A stretch of DNA of 64,000 bases from Eledone cirrhosa (taxonomy: Eukaryota): assembly GCA_964016885.1 (NCBI GenBank), contig OZ024743.1, positions 335,854,001 through 335,918,000 of the forward strand, given 5' to 3'. Both the position numbers and the translations under genes were made by a program. This document shows, in pieces, positions 14,364 through 28,142 of the stretch. Positions within the stretch are counted from its first letter, which is position 1, and each line of letters begins with the position of its first letter. The notes beneath the pieces are model-generated. The model was not told where the DNA came from. It searched no databases and was given only the letters and a program-made list of their open reading frames with translations.

Positions 14364-14821
14364 ATTAACGGTGGACAACTGGGAGAGGGCACTTGCCCTG
14401 GTGGTCAGGGTCACTGTGGTCTTTTAATGGGCTTTTTACACATTCCTAAAGGAGGATGCGGAGATGTTTTTATAAAAGAAACAAACCTCTTTAGATGACG
14501 CTGTATATTGTGTATTACAAGACCCTTTTATTAATTAGCACTGATGAATTGTAATACTTCTAGAACATACAAGTAGACAAGTATCGTACTCAGTAATTTG
14601 ATTGCCGATGTCACGGAATATGTAAGCGACAATTACTTCACGACATATAGATAATATTTACAGCATTGTGTTACACAATTTCTTCTCAGTGATCAGTCAG
14701 TTTGTAATGATATTTTCTTTATAGCTCATTGAACATTTGCAGTAGGTTCTGAAGTATATCAGTCTCTGGTTGACAATTAATGATTTGTTTCATATTTATT
14801 CAATTACAGATTTTCCATAGA

Positions 14822-17800
14822 ATGCCTCGAAAAAGCAAGAGTCACATTGGAAGAAAAACAAGAAATGCTTTTGCTTTGCGTTCTTTGCGCGCAAGCGAGA
14901 CAGAAGAACAATGTATGCTTACATCGATGACCAGAGCATTACAGACAACTGAACAAGCAGAACTCCGGGTCGCTCGCAATGCTACTTCTATTTCGAAGGC
15001 CAGAGCATTACAGACTGCTGAACAAGCAGAACTCCGGTTTGCTTGCGATGCTGCTTCTACTTCAAATAGCCGTTCTTTATAGACTGTTGACTGCAACAAG
15101 GCTTACTGCTGATTCTCAACGGAAAATGCGTTCTCGTGTCTTTCCGAGGGTTTCTTCCTGTTACTGGTCTAAGAAGGCTTTTCATTACAGCCTCTAAAAG
15201 GACTACGCATCCCACCCACATATCATCATTGGTAGCATGTCAACTGTTTACGTCTATTGTAACGCAGTGAGGTGGCCAGCAGAATCTACCGGTATATGCT
15301 GCACCAATGGAACGGTTAGATTGCTTCATTTACAAGTCGGTGCCGAACCTTTGAATTCTCTGCTGCTTGCAGACCACCCTGATTCTAAACACTTTCTTAG
15401 AAATATAAGAGCCTACAATTCGGCTTTCTAAATGAGAAGCTTTGGTCATACACCAATGAAACATGGAAATTATATGCCCACATTCAAAGTGCAAGGCCAA
15501 ATCTACCATCAAATTGGCTCCCATATTCCACAAGATGGTGATGAACACAGTTTTCTCCAGATTTACTTTATGGGGTACGGACCTGAAGAAACTGCACGAA
15601 GAGCTTCAGTTGTTAAAGTAACGATACCTTTTCTTCTGCAGCCCCTTCAATGTATGCTTCATACCATAAACCCCTACGTCACCATTTTCAAAACTGCTTT
15701 TCAGCGTAGAGATGCTAACACCAATCAATTCAAGCTTGTCATTCGAGGTGACCGCGCTCTACCAGGGCAGCATCAGGGTTGCTTTAACAGACCCCAAACC
15801 GATGAAGTTACGTTGCTTATAACAAGTCCTAATGAGAGTGCTTCAAACCGTGATATTGTTCTTGAATGGCAGAACTCGTGTCTTCAAAACATAAATGAAC
15901 TTCATCCTGCATATGATGCCCTCCAATATCCATTACTGTTCCCCTTTGGCGACGATGGCTACCGCATTGACTTGCCAAAGTGTAATCCGGTAACTTTAAT
16001 GCATCTTCAACCACGGAAAACCATTTCACAAATGGAATTTTATGCATTTAGGCTTAAGGTTCGCAAAAACGACATTAACATTCTACATAGAACACGGATG
16101 CTCCTCAATCAATACTGTGTAGACGTATTTGCTAAGGTAACTATTTCTTATTTTATGATTTCGTTCAGAAAATGTCCTTAGCCAGTTCACTCAATATTTA
16201 CCACAACAATTTCTTCCTTTTCCAGATTGAGACTGAACGCCTCCAATGGATAAGACACCATCAAAGGAACTGCGTTCAGAAGAATACGGCAATCTACGTG
16301 ACGAAGTCAACCGAAATTATCAGGTTATTGCTTCGGATGTTGAGCTTTCTGTCATTCTCCCATCGTTATACACTGGAGGCCCCCATTACATGCATGAAAA
16401 AATGCAGGATGCTCTCACCTATGTCCGTCATTGTGGCCGTCCTGATCTTTTCATCACCTTCACATCCAATCCAAAATGGTTTGACATCCAGTCTCACTTA
16501 CTTCATGGCCAAAATCCTTCATACAGGCATGATATCACATCTAGAGTGCTTCACCTAAAACTTATGAAAATGATGGATGTTATAAAATACGGACAACTTT
16601 TTGGACCATTAAGGTGTTTCATGTACACCGTAGAATGGCAGAAGAGAGGACTCCCACATGCCCATATTCTCATTTGGCTTCCAAAAAAGCTCATGTCAAC
16701 TGGTGTTGATTCCGTTATAAGTGCTGAATTGCCAAATCCCCAAGAAGCCCCTGTCTTTTTTCAAATTATAAAAGCCAACATGATCCATGGAACGTGAAGC
16801 CACCTAAATGCAAAATCTGCATGTATGGATGATGGGAAATGTACAAAGCGTTACCCACGTAAACTTATCCATGAAACCAAAACTGGTGGTGATGGCTACC
16901 CTTTATACCGTCGCAGGGCACCACAGGAGGGTGGACATACGGCAACTATAACAATGGTTGGTGGTCAAGATTTCAATATCGACAGCCGATGAGTTGTACC
17001 ACATAACAAGGTGCTTTGTAAAATGTTTTCAGCCCACATTAATGTTGAATTCTGCAACTCCGTAAAATCAATCCAATACATCTGCAAGTATTGTTCATAA
17101 GGGAGCCGATCGAGCAGTTATTGAGTTGGCTAAGACCGATAACCCTGATGCCGCCACAGATGAAGTCACGTTTTTCCAAACTGGACGCTACATCTCTTCT
17201 AACGAGGCATTTTGGCGCATATTCCGTTTTCCGATCATGAACGTGAATCTGCAGTTATTCACCTCAGCGTTCATTTGGAGAATGGTCAACGGGTGTATTT
17301 TAACCAAGAAAATATGCTTGATTGTGCAAGACAACCTCGAAGAATGACCCTTACCGGATTCTTTGAACTCTGTACTTCTGACTCTCTTACCAGAACACTT
17401 CTTTATGCGGAGTTGTCTACATTCTACACGTGGAATAAATCTTCCCGCTGTTGGCAAAGAAGAAAGCGAGGATGCATTTCACAAAGGGATGCTTCAATAC
17501 GTGTTTCTGATGCCCTCTCAAGAGTGTACACAGTTCACCCGCTCAATTCAGAATGCTTTCACCTTCGTCTTCTATTGCACGTTGTCAAAGGTCCAACTTC
17601 CTTTGAAGACCTTCGTACCGTCAATGACCATATTCGTTCAACATTTAAAGAGGCCTGCTCCAAATTAGGTCTTCTCGACAATGATGACAACTATGACCAC
17701 GCCCGCCATGAAGCATCAATGTTGCAGTCACCAATTGCTCTTCGTAAGCTTTTCGCTGTTATGCTGGTGTACTGCAATCTTGGGAATCCACAGTCTTTCT

Positions 17801-19408
17801 GGGAGAAATATAGCGACAGCATGTGCTTGGACATCCTAATGCAATCTCGCTTCGCGTCCACATACATAAATTTACTGTTTACACCTGAAATGTACAACTG
17901 CGGTCTCATATTTCTAGAAGATATACTTTTGTAAATGGGTGACCGTCCCGTGAAGAAGTGCTGTATGGAATCCCCTAAAAGAGAAAATGAGGCTGTTTGT
18001 AACCGCCCACTACTAAGGGAGACATGCTACGATGCTGCCAGGCTTCGGTCCTACGTTCAAGAAAGAGAAAAACCTTTGAATCTCGAACAAGCTGATGTCT
18101 ATACTTTTGTTTTGACCATGCTTGAAGATACCAACGGGTGCAGCCACTTCATTGATGCACCAGATGGCATAGGAAAGACATTTCTCCTCAACCTCCTTCT
18201 TGCCATAGTTAGCCAACGTGGACAGATTGCCATTGCAATGGCGTCTTCGGGAATAGCAGCAACACTGCTAGACAGCGGCAGAACAGTCCATTCAAAATTT
18301 AAGCTTCCCCTTAACATCGGTCATGTTGAAAATCCGACCACCAATATAAAGAAGAATTCTGATGAGGCTGCTGTCTTTCAAAAATGCAAATTGATTGTAT
18401 GGGACGAGGCAAGAATGTCCCACAAGAGCACTTGATGCAATCAATACAACGCTACAAGACCTGCACTCCAACTCTAAACCGTTCGGTGGCGTCGTTCTGC
18501 TTCTTGCTGGGGATTTTCGTCAAACACCTCCCATTGTCCCAAAAGGCCAGCCGGTTGATGAAATAGATGCTTGCATTAAACATTCTCATCTTTGGCCCTT
18601 CGTCCAGTCGAGAAAGTTAACCATCATCATGCGATCGATTCTCTACCAACAAGACGGTGTCAATTACTTTGCTTCAAAGTTATTGGATGTTGGTAATGGG
18701 AACTTACCAATCGACGTAAACGGTTTGGTTGTCATAAGTACCATCGGTAACTAAGTCTCCAGCTCTGAGGACATTTGCACAAGAGTTTACCCCGACCTCT
18801 CAACAAATTACGTCAGTCATCAATGAATGTGCGAAAGGGCCATCTTAGCTCCTACAAATGCCACCGTCCAAGCTCTTAACACATGTCTGCTTCGTCAACT
18901 TCCTTCCCAAGAACGATGTTATGCTTCGATTGATTCGATTACGGATCCGACGCAAGTAACGTTTTATCCAACAGAGTTTTTAAACTCACAATAGCCATCG
19001 GGAGTGCCGCCGCATAAAGTCTGCCTAAGAATTGGAAGTCCCATCATACTCTTGAGAAACTTGGAACCTCCTCGGCTTTGCAATGGCACACGCTTGGTTA
19101 TAACGCAAATGTGGGATGACGTTCTCGAGGCTACAATCATTATTTTATTTCCCGAGTTCCACTTATTCCAACTGACTGTCTTTCCGATGAAAAGAGTCCA
19201 ATTCCCCATTCGATTAAGTTTTGCAATAACCATTAACAAAGCCCAGGGGAAGTCACTAAAAGTGGTTGGGCTGGACCTCAGTACTCCATGCTTTTCACAC
19301 GGACAACTGTATGTGGGATGTTCAAGAGTTGGAAACTCGAGTCATCACTTTTACTATGCTCCAGGAAGATTGACAAAAAATGTGGTTTATAAGGCAGCCG
19401 TCCAATAG
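14822..19408 (+). mobile_element. Helitron Rep/Helicase, decayed (stops and frameshifts)
   Basis: AYNSAF, FKVQGQIYH, YDALQYPLLFP, PDLFITFT, VEWQKRGLPHAH (HUH), IQYICKY; Pif1-like helicase GIGKT, IVWDE, GDFRQ, LCNGTRL, TINKAQG, HGQLYVGCSRV. Confidence 0.93.
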
Positions 19409-19584
19409 TTTTTCCGTGGAGTTGAAAGCCCCTTCAGGTTGGTCCTTATTGCGATTACTTACTTTTCACAATAGGTAATGTTACTCTTCCAACAAATGGC
19501 GATTGATGAAATCAACAATTTTTTCATTTCAATGGAGGTAACCACAGTAAATAAGGTACTCAATACATAGCAGAGTATAAAAGT

Positions 19585-20135
19585 ATTAATATATATGAGA
19601 TGCTACAGGACTAGAACTGTTTCATTCTTTAGAAATCATCAGGAATCTGGGTATCAAAAAATAAATATGGTATTTATAGGCCTCTTCAGGTGGTAGGAGA
19701 GGGTAGGGAATGGGATGGGTAGAGGTCATTTGTTGATAGAAAAGGGAATTCATTAAAACCTAATTCTTTAAAGCTATAGTTTATATTTAGATTAACAAAG
19801 GCAGAGAGAATTCTATAAACAAGTTCAGAATGGGGTGCCACTCCGTATCTTTAAGTTTCTCTTAAGCTAACAATGCCTATATTTCCGGTGTCTATAAGAT
19901 CGTTGGGGGTCAGTCATGGTTGATGGATTTAAAGAAAAGGGAAATTCTTTAAGAGCTAATTCTTTAAGGTTCTACTTAGAGTGACAAAGGCCTAGAGAAT
20001 TCTATAGATCAGTTCAAAGTATTGAGTGCCTATCATACCATTATCTTCAAGTTTCTCTTAAGCTATATTCCAAATGTCAACAGACACATTCACAAACACA
20101 CGTACACTCACACACGCGCACCTCCACACACACAC
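19585..20135 (-). mobile_element. About 550-bp non-coding HHR-bearing element (PLE pseudo-LTR-like)
   Basis: Second copy in opposite orientation at 34610-35155; internal direct repeat of about 130 bp. Confidence 0.75.
19598..19648 (-). ncRNA. Type I hammerhead ribozyme (intact core)
   Basis: agattc-CTGATGA-tttctaaagaat-GAAA-cag[ttctagtc]ctg-TA-gcatct; helix I pairs 5 of 6; GUA cleavage triplet. Confidence 0.75.
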
Positions 20136-20988
20136 ATATATATATATACAAAAGATGAATATAAAATGAAAGTGCTTTTTTTAGAAAGGAATTTATTAGG
20201 TATTGACATATGTTTCTGTAACAGACGGAATGCCTATGTATCGCTGCTTGCGTAATCATATAATGTTAGCAAGTATTCGATAGCAAATGTATAATCAGTT
20301 GTCACTTCTTCAGAGATTTTGGATAAATTGGATAAAATCAGAAAAATTGAAGTATTTATATTAGTAATAGAGGAAGAAGAGAGGGGATAGTATATGACAG
20401 ATGGTAATTCAATTTACTGCTAAACAAGTATATAAAGGGTTTCTAATGAGAATACCATGAGTAAATGGTTCATTTTATCTAAATAAGAATTTTTGTGAGT
20501 GCCAATTTTAATCTCTACTTGACCAATTGGACAGTGGACAGGGCTGGTCATTTGGTGTAGTAGTATTAATTATAAAGTGTCAATTGGGGAAGGGGGAGAT
20601 TTCGATTGCTACTGAATAACATCAATGCTAGTAGCCAGCTGGTATGTGCATTAGGGAATTGAATTAAGAAATCAGAAATCTCATTTTATCTATAGCAGTT
20701 TATATTAAATGGTAAATAATAGAAGAGTTGATAGAATTAAGACTAATAGAGAATGTTAATATCTATTTTGACAACCAAACGGAGATAGAGACGGGCGTTC
20801 AATCCTGGTGGTATTTATAATATGAAAATGTAGATTTTAAGCGATGGTTACAGAGAAGCCTTTCGTCATCAGGGAAGTCTATTCTCAGCTAAGTTTCCAG
20901 GCAATACTTGGACACTGGGAATCCACTGAATTATTTTTGTATAAGTTCCCAGTGTCCAAGTATTGCCTGGAAACTTAGCTGAGAATAG

Positions 20989-21071
20989 ACTTCCCAGATG
21001 ACGAAAGGCTGCTCTGTACACTTCTTCGGAAAGAATGTTTATTCCCTTTCAGAAACTAATTAGTTGGGAGT
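20989..21071 (+). ncRNA. Type I hammerhead motif, CAGAUGA variant
   Basis: acttcc-CAGATGA-cgaaagg...cctttca-GAAA-ctaattag-TT-gggagt. Confidence 0.65.
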
Positions 21072-21514
21072 GAAATTTTAGTAAGTAAGTTAATTTTATA
21101 ATTTTCTTATTTTACGTCTTTCATATTATTGTTCTGCAACCCCATGCATTGAACCACAAAGTTACTAAGACAAAACCTATATATTTGCTGGCATAAGTAT
21201 GCATCTGTGTGTATATATATGTGACTAGATATATTAATCCTTTATAATTATCTCCAAATTATTTGTCGAGCAAAATTGGCCAAGACTGCTGCTATGGTAA
21301 CAGTCAGGCTTCTGTCTTCTTAACAAAACCACTTTCCACTGATTGACCTCGATGTCACGTGATTGATTCTTTTGAATTTGCCACCGACGCAGTAGGCAGT
21401 GATTTTTTCAATGGCTAGGAATTTAGTCCACGCTTTGCTTTTTTCTATCCACTGAATTATTTTTGTATAAGTTCCCAGTGTCCAAGTATTGCCTGGAAAC
21501 TTAGCTGAGAATAG

Positions 21515-21596
21515 ACTTCCCAGATGACGAAAGGCTGCTCTGTACACTTCTTCAGAAAGAATGTTTATTCCCTTTCAGAAACTAATTAGTTGGGAG
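21515..21596 (+). ncRNA. Type I hammerhead motif, second tandem copy
   Basis: Same motif as 20989-21071, 526 nt downstream. Confidence 0.65.
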
Positions 21597-21803
21597 AGAA
21601 ATTTTAGTAAGTTAATTTTATAATTTTATTATTTTACGTCTCTCATATATATGTATGTATGTATATATATGTATGTATGTATATATGTATGTATGTATAT
21701 GTATGTATGTATATGTATGTATATGTATGTATGTATATGTATGTATGTATGTATGTATGTACGTGTATGTATATATATATATGTGTATGTATGTATATGT
21801 ATG

Positions 21804-21834
<31 letters not shown>

Positions 21835-21838
21835 CTAT

Positions 21839-23750
21839 CTAAGGCGGGTAAAATTCCCGAGATCCATGGACGAGTTCTCTCCAGCGGTCTCTGTCCCTCA
21901 TTATCGCTGCCATATCCTGCATCTCCAACAGACCAGTGTCTGTCCTTAGGGCATCAACATATGTTAACCTTGGTCTTCCTCTTCTAGTGTGTCCATATAG
22001 GGGCTCCCAAATGAGCACTGAGTGCAATGTCAACTCTGGATGTCGGTGAGCATGTCCAGCCAACCTCAGTCTCCTCTGTGTCACTTTTGAGCTGACTTTT
22101 GGGATGCTCCCATACAGCTCTGAGTTTTTCATCCTCAGTGTATACTGATTAATGTTCAGAGCCATCCTCAGCATTCTCGTGTAGCACCCATCCACCATCT
22201 GAGTGAGTCTCTTGGTCAGTGTCCAAGTCTCAGACCCATACAGCAGCACAGACTCCACTACAGCAATGAAGAGGCGGATCTTCAGGTCTCTACGAAGGTC
22301 CGACTTCCACACCGATCTCAAGCTGTGACACGCCGCCCAGGCCTTGCTCTTCCTCTCAACCACATCATCCTCCGTATTCCCAATCTTTGCTCCCAAATAC
22401 AGGAAGTCCTCAACCAATTCCAGCGGCTTCCCGCCTACATTAGTGATCCCCTCTGGCTTCTCAACATTCTCTACCAGATATTTTGTTTTAGTCTCATTCA
22501 TTCTCAGCCCCACACTCATCGACACAGTCTCAACCTCCCGCATCAAATCCACTGCTTCCTTCACTGTATTTGTCACCAAAACTATGTCGTCGGCAAATTC
22601 AGCATCCGATACCTTTTTCGCCCCAACTCTCCTGCTCTGAGCCGGTGCTACAGTAAAGCCAGTGTCCTGGTGTTTCTCCAGTGCAAGGCGCATACAATAG
22701 TCCACTACGATGATAAAAAGGTAGGGAGCCAATGTATCTCCCTGGAGCACTCCAGCCAGTATCTCAAAGAACTCTGTCATCCCATCAGGTGTAATGACTT
22801 GGGTGTTGGTGTAGAGCAGTGATATCAGGTCCACTATCCTCTTGGGGATTCCATAAGCCTGTAAGATCTTCATCAGGCAGTAACGGTCCACAGAATCAAA
22901 GGCCTTCCTAAAGTCAATGAAAACCATGACCGCAGGAAGGCACTTTGCTCTAGCTCCCTCTAATATCCTCCTCAGCATAAGGATGTGACTGGTGGTTGAT
23001 CTACACTCTCTGAGGCCGTTCTGGTTGTCCCTGAGCTTCTTCTCCATCTCAGGCTGGATCCTGTTAAGAATCATCCTGTTGAGGGTCTTTGCCACAAGTG
23101 ACGTCAGTGAGATCCCCCGGTAGTTGTTGGTGTTAGAGAGATCTCCCTTCTTTGGCACTGGGACGATGTTACTGATCCTCCACTCATTCGGGGCAACTCC
23201 TTTCTCCAGTGCCCCGTTACAGAACCCCAGGATGATATCATCAAAATCACACCTCTTCATCACCTCTGATGCCACTCCATCTTCTCCATGAGCCTTGCCC
23301 TCCTTGATCTTCTTCTTGGCTCTCTGAAGCTCCTCTCTGGTGAAGGGCTCTGTCTCAACATCCAGTTCCTCAAACAGCCGCCTGATCTCCCCAGTGCTCT
23401 GGGCTGTGGAGGGTGGCTCTCCTAGTAGGGTCCTAAAATGGTCTAGCCATTTCCTCTTCCTATCCTCGGGCCCCGTTCCCTGGATCTGACTCGAACACCT
23501 TTTCTTCCTCCCTGTGATCTCGTTGATGATCATCCAGCTCTGCTTACATCCAGATCTGTCAACCGCTCTCTCCACACTTCTGATCTTCTCTATCAGTGCC
23601 TCCTCTCTGACCTCAGTGTAAGCGGTACAGAGCTCTTCCCTCATCACCTCCACAGTCTCCATCCTCTCCTCCGTAGGATCAGCATAGAATTGGTCCTTGG
23701 CAGCTTTCAGGTGTTCTCTGGCTGCACACACTTTTGGGTTTGCAGAGCTG
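21839..23750 (-). mobile_element. RTE-clade LINE, 5'-truncated, uninterrupted 630-aa RT frame
   Basis: [52 protein letters not shown]; both ends abut TA-rich microsatellite. Confidence 0.92.
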
Positions 23751-24188
23751 ACGCATATATATATATACGTATGTATATATATATGTATGTATGTATGTAT
23801 ATATATATGTATGTATGTATATATGTATGTATATATGTACGTATATATATGTATGTATATGTATATGTATATATATATGTATGTATATATGTATGTATAT
23901 ATAAGTATGTATACATGTATATATGTATGTATATATGTATGTATGTATGTATATATATATGTATGTATATATGTATGTATATATGTATGTATATATATAT
24001 GTATATGTGTGTATGTATGTATGTATGTATGTATATATGTATGTATATATGTATGTATATATGTATATATGTATGTATATATGTATGTATATATATGTGT
24101 ATATATATATGTATGTGCATATGTATGTATATATGTATGTATATCTGTATGTATATATGTATGTATGTATGTGTATGTATATATGTAT

Positions 24189-24512
24189 ATCCAATGATGT
24201 TGACTTGTTCTTCTTTTTGGTAAATATCATCTTGGTTAAGAGAGTGGGACTGGCTTTGTGCAGTGCCTTTGCTCACTATAAAAGCTTCACGGCACAGGCA
24301 TTGCTTTATATCTGGAGATCTCTCTGCACTTGGCGTCACAGGGTACCATGGGCCCAGCACTGTGTCAATAATTGTCACAGGTGTAGTGTTTGTACCAGAG
24401 TTTTCAAGTCGCTGGCTGGACTAGAAATTTACACTCGTACAGCTCTTCGGTAGGGGTTCTCCTACATGGATATATAAAGTAGTGGCCGTACACGAAAACG
24501 AGTTGGCAGCCA

Positions 24513-24565
<53 letters not shown>

Positions 24566-24567
24566 TG

Positions 24568-24650
<83 letters not shown>

Positions 24651-24656
24651 ATATGC

Positions 24657-24727
<71 letters not shown>

Positions 24728-27430
24728 TGTATGTATATGTATGTATATATATGTATGTACATGTATGTATATATATGTATATGTATGTATATGTATATGT
24801 ATGTATATATATATGTATGTATATGTATGTATATATATGTATGTATGTATATGTATGTATATGTATGTATATATATGTATGTATATGTATGTATAAATAT
24901 GTATGTATATGTATGTATATGTATATATATGTATGTATACCTGGTGCTACTGGTAACATGTATCCCAGTTCAACCTGTGTCAGGTCACCAGTTGGTGCTA
25001 CTGGTAACATGTATCCCAGTACAACCTGCCCCATGGTCGGGTCGTTGGCGACTAAACTGGCAACCCCACCAAGGTTTCTTGGTGAGGAGGGTGACTTTGG
25101 ACATCCTGCAGGACTAAAAACAAAACCTGTCAAAGGGCAAAGGAGCTATTAAGAGTCAATGACCATTCAAAATCACCGGGAGAGATGACCCCTTAGCCTT
25201 TGTCAAGGCAGAATTCTAGGAGAAGGAAAACTCTGATATAACACCTGCAACCCTGATGGTATCCAATGATGTTGACTTGTTCTTCTTTTTGGTAAATATC
25301 ATCTTGGTTAAGAGAGTGGGACTGGCTTTGTGCAGTGCCTTTGCTCACTATAAAAGCTTCACGGCACAGGCATTGCTTTATATCTGGAGATCTCTCTGCA
25401 CTTGTCGTCACATGGTACCATGGGCCCAGCACTGTGTCAATAATTGTCACAAGTGTAGTGTTTGTACCAGAGTTTTCAAGTCGGTGGCTGGACTAAAAAG
25501 TCACACTTGTTCAGCGCATCGGTAGGGGTTCTCCTACATGGATATAAAGTAGTGGCCGTACTCGAAAACGAGTTGGCAGCCACCATGTATGTATATATAT
25601 ATATGTATGTATATATGTATGTATATATGTATGTATATATATATTTATATATGTGTGTATATATGTATGTATGTATATGTGTATGTATATATGTATCTAT
25701 ATATGTATGTATATATGTATATATGTATGTATATATGCATGTATATATATGTGTATATATATATATATATGTATGTACATATGTATGTACATATGTATGT
25801 ATATATATATATGTATATGTGTATGTATATATGTATATCCAATGATGTTGACTTATTCTTCTTTTTGGTAAATATCATCTTGGTAAAGAGAGTGGGACTG
25901 GCTTTGTGCAGTGCCTTTGCTCACTATAAAAGCTTCACGGCACAGGCATTGCTTTATATCTGGAGATCTATCTGCACTTGTCGTGACATGGTACCATGAG
26001 CCCAGCACTATGTGTCAATAATTGTCACAAGTGTAGTGTCTGTACCAGAGTTTTCAAGTCGCTGGCTGCACTAAAAAGTCACACTCGTTCAGCGCATCGG
26101 TATGGTTTCTCCTACATGGATATAAAGTAGTGGGCGTACTCGAAAACGAGTTGGCAGCCACCATATATATATGTATATATGTATGTATGTATATATGTAT
26201 GTATATATGTATGTATATATGTATGTATATATATTTGTATATATATATGTATATATGTATGTATATATATATGTATGTATATATACATGTTGTATATATA
26301 CATGTATGTATATATATATGTATATATATAGATGACCCCTTAGCCTTTGTCAAGGCAAAATTCTAGGAGAAGGAAAACTCTGATATAACACCCGCAACCC
26401 TGATGGTATCCAATGATGTTGACTTGTTCTTTCATTTTGGTTAATATCATATTGGTTAAGAGAGTGGGACTGGCTTTGTGCAGTGCCTTTGCTCACTATA
26501 AAAGTTTCACGGCACAGGCATTGCTTTATATCTGGAGATCTCTCTGCACTTGTCGTCACATGGTGCCAAGGGCCCAGAACTATGTGCCAATAATTGTCAC
26601 AAGTGTAGTGTTTGTACCAGAGTTTTGAAGTCGCTGGCTGGACTAAAAAGTCACACTCGTTCAGCACATCGGTCGATGTTCTCCTACATGGATATAAAGT
26701 AGTGGCCGTACTCGAAAACGAGTTGGCAGCCACCATATGTATGTATATAGATATATGTATGTATGTATATATATGTATGTATATATAGGTATATATATAT
26801 ATATATGTATGTATATGGATATATGTATGTATATAGATATATGTTTGTATGTATATATATATTTATGTATATAGATGTATGTATGTATGTATATATATAT
26901 GTATGTATGCATGTATATATGTATGTATATATATATATGTATGTATGTGTATGTATGTATGTATGTATATACAAATTATAAAGGAGCTCTTAAGGGTCAA
27001 TGGCCATACAAAATCACCGGGAGAGATGACCCCTTAGCCTTTGTCAAGGCAGAATTCTAGGAGAAGGAAGACTCTGATATAACACATGCAACCCTGATGG
27101 TATCCAATGATGTTGACTTGTTCTTCTTTTTGGTAAATATCATCTTGTTTCAGAGAGTGGGACTGGCTTTGTGCAGTGCCTTTGCTCACTATAAAAGCTT
27201 CACGGCACAGGCATTGCTTTATTTCGGGAGAGCTCTCTGCACTTGTCGTCATATGGTACAATGGGCCCATCACTATGTGTCAATAATTGTCACAAGTGTA
27301 GTGTTTGTACCAGTGTTTTCAAGTCGCTGGCTGGACTAAAAAGTGACACTCGTTCAGCGCATCGATAGGGGTTCTCCTACATGGATATAATGTAGTGACC
27401 GTACTCGAAAACGAGTTGGCAGCCACCATA
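24189..27430 (+). repeat. Array of five full or partial bipartite RTE-derived units separated by (TATG)n/(TA)n
   Basis: Units at about 24189-24515, 24940-25587, 25837-26164, 26331-26736 and 26980-27430; 3' part encodes [22 protein letters not shown], an RTE-type C-terminal C2H2 finger. Confidence 0.8.
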
Positions 27431-27563
27431 TATGTATATATGTATATGTATGTGTGTGTATATATGTATGTGTGTATGTGTGTATATATATATATGTATA
27501 TATATATGTATATATATATATAAATGTATGTATATATCTCTGTGTGGGTGTATATATATATAT

Positions 27564-27914
<351 letters not shown>

Positions 27915-27947
27915 AAATAATAGAGGTGTAACACACGAGATGTGATT

Positions 27948-28123
27948 TATTGGTAAAAGGAAAAGAAAATTCTGACAAATTGTTCCTAGTGAAAAATAGT
28001 TTAATTAGGAATAAGCAAAATTTAGTAATAAGTATTGGTTAGTATTAATTTTTACTTATTTCTTAGTTAAACTATTTTTCACTGGGAACAATTTGTCAGC
28101 ATTTTCTTTTCCTTTTACTAATA
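27948..28123. repeat. Imperfect palindrome, arms about 75 bp
   Basis: tattggtaaaaggaaaagaaaattctgacaaattgttcc... pairs with ...ggaacaatttgtcagcattttcttttccttttactaata. Confidence 0.85.
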
Positions 28124-28142
28124 TATATATATATATATATAT

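Larger units (their letters stand above)
8584..14437 (+). mobile_element. Tx1/L1-clade LINE, near full length, 3' UTR truncated
   Basis: ORF1 plus ORF2; starts right after an (ATT)n tract; highly similar in ORF2 to the 42794-48343 copy. Confidence 0.92.
20849..21650 (+). mobile_element. Retrozyme-like or non-autonomous PLE: inverted arm plus two direct HHR-bearing repeats
   Basis: Inverted repeat 20849-20921/20946-21018; direct repeats about 20921-21130 and 21447-21650. Confidence 0.75.

Noticed and set aside
24978-25070. HDV-like ribozyme at the 5' end of the RTE-derived unit
   Set aside because: P1, P1.1 and L3 could not be placed in canonical order.
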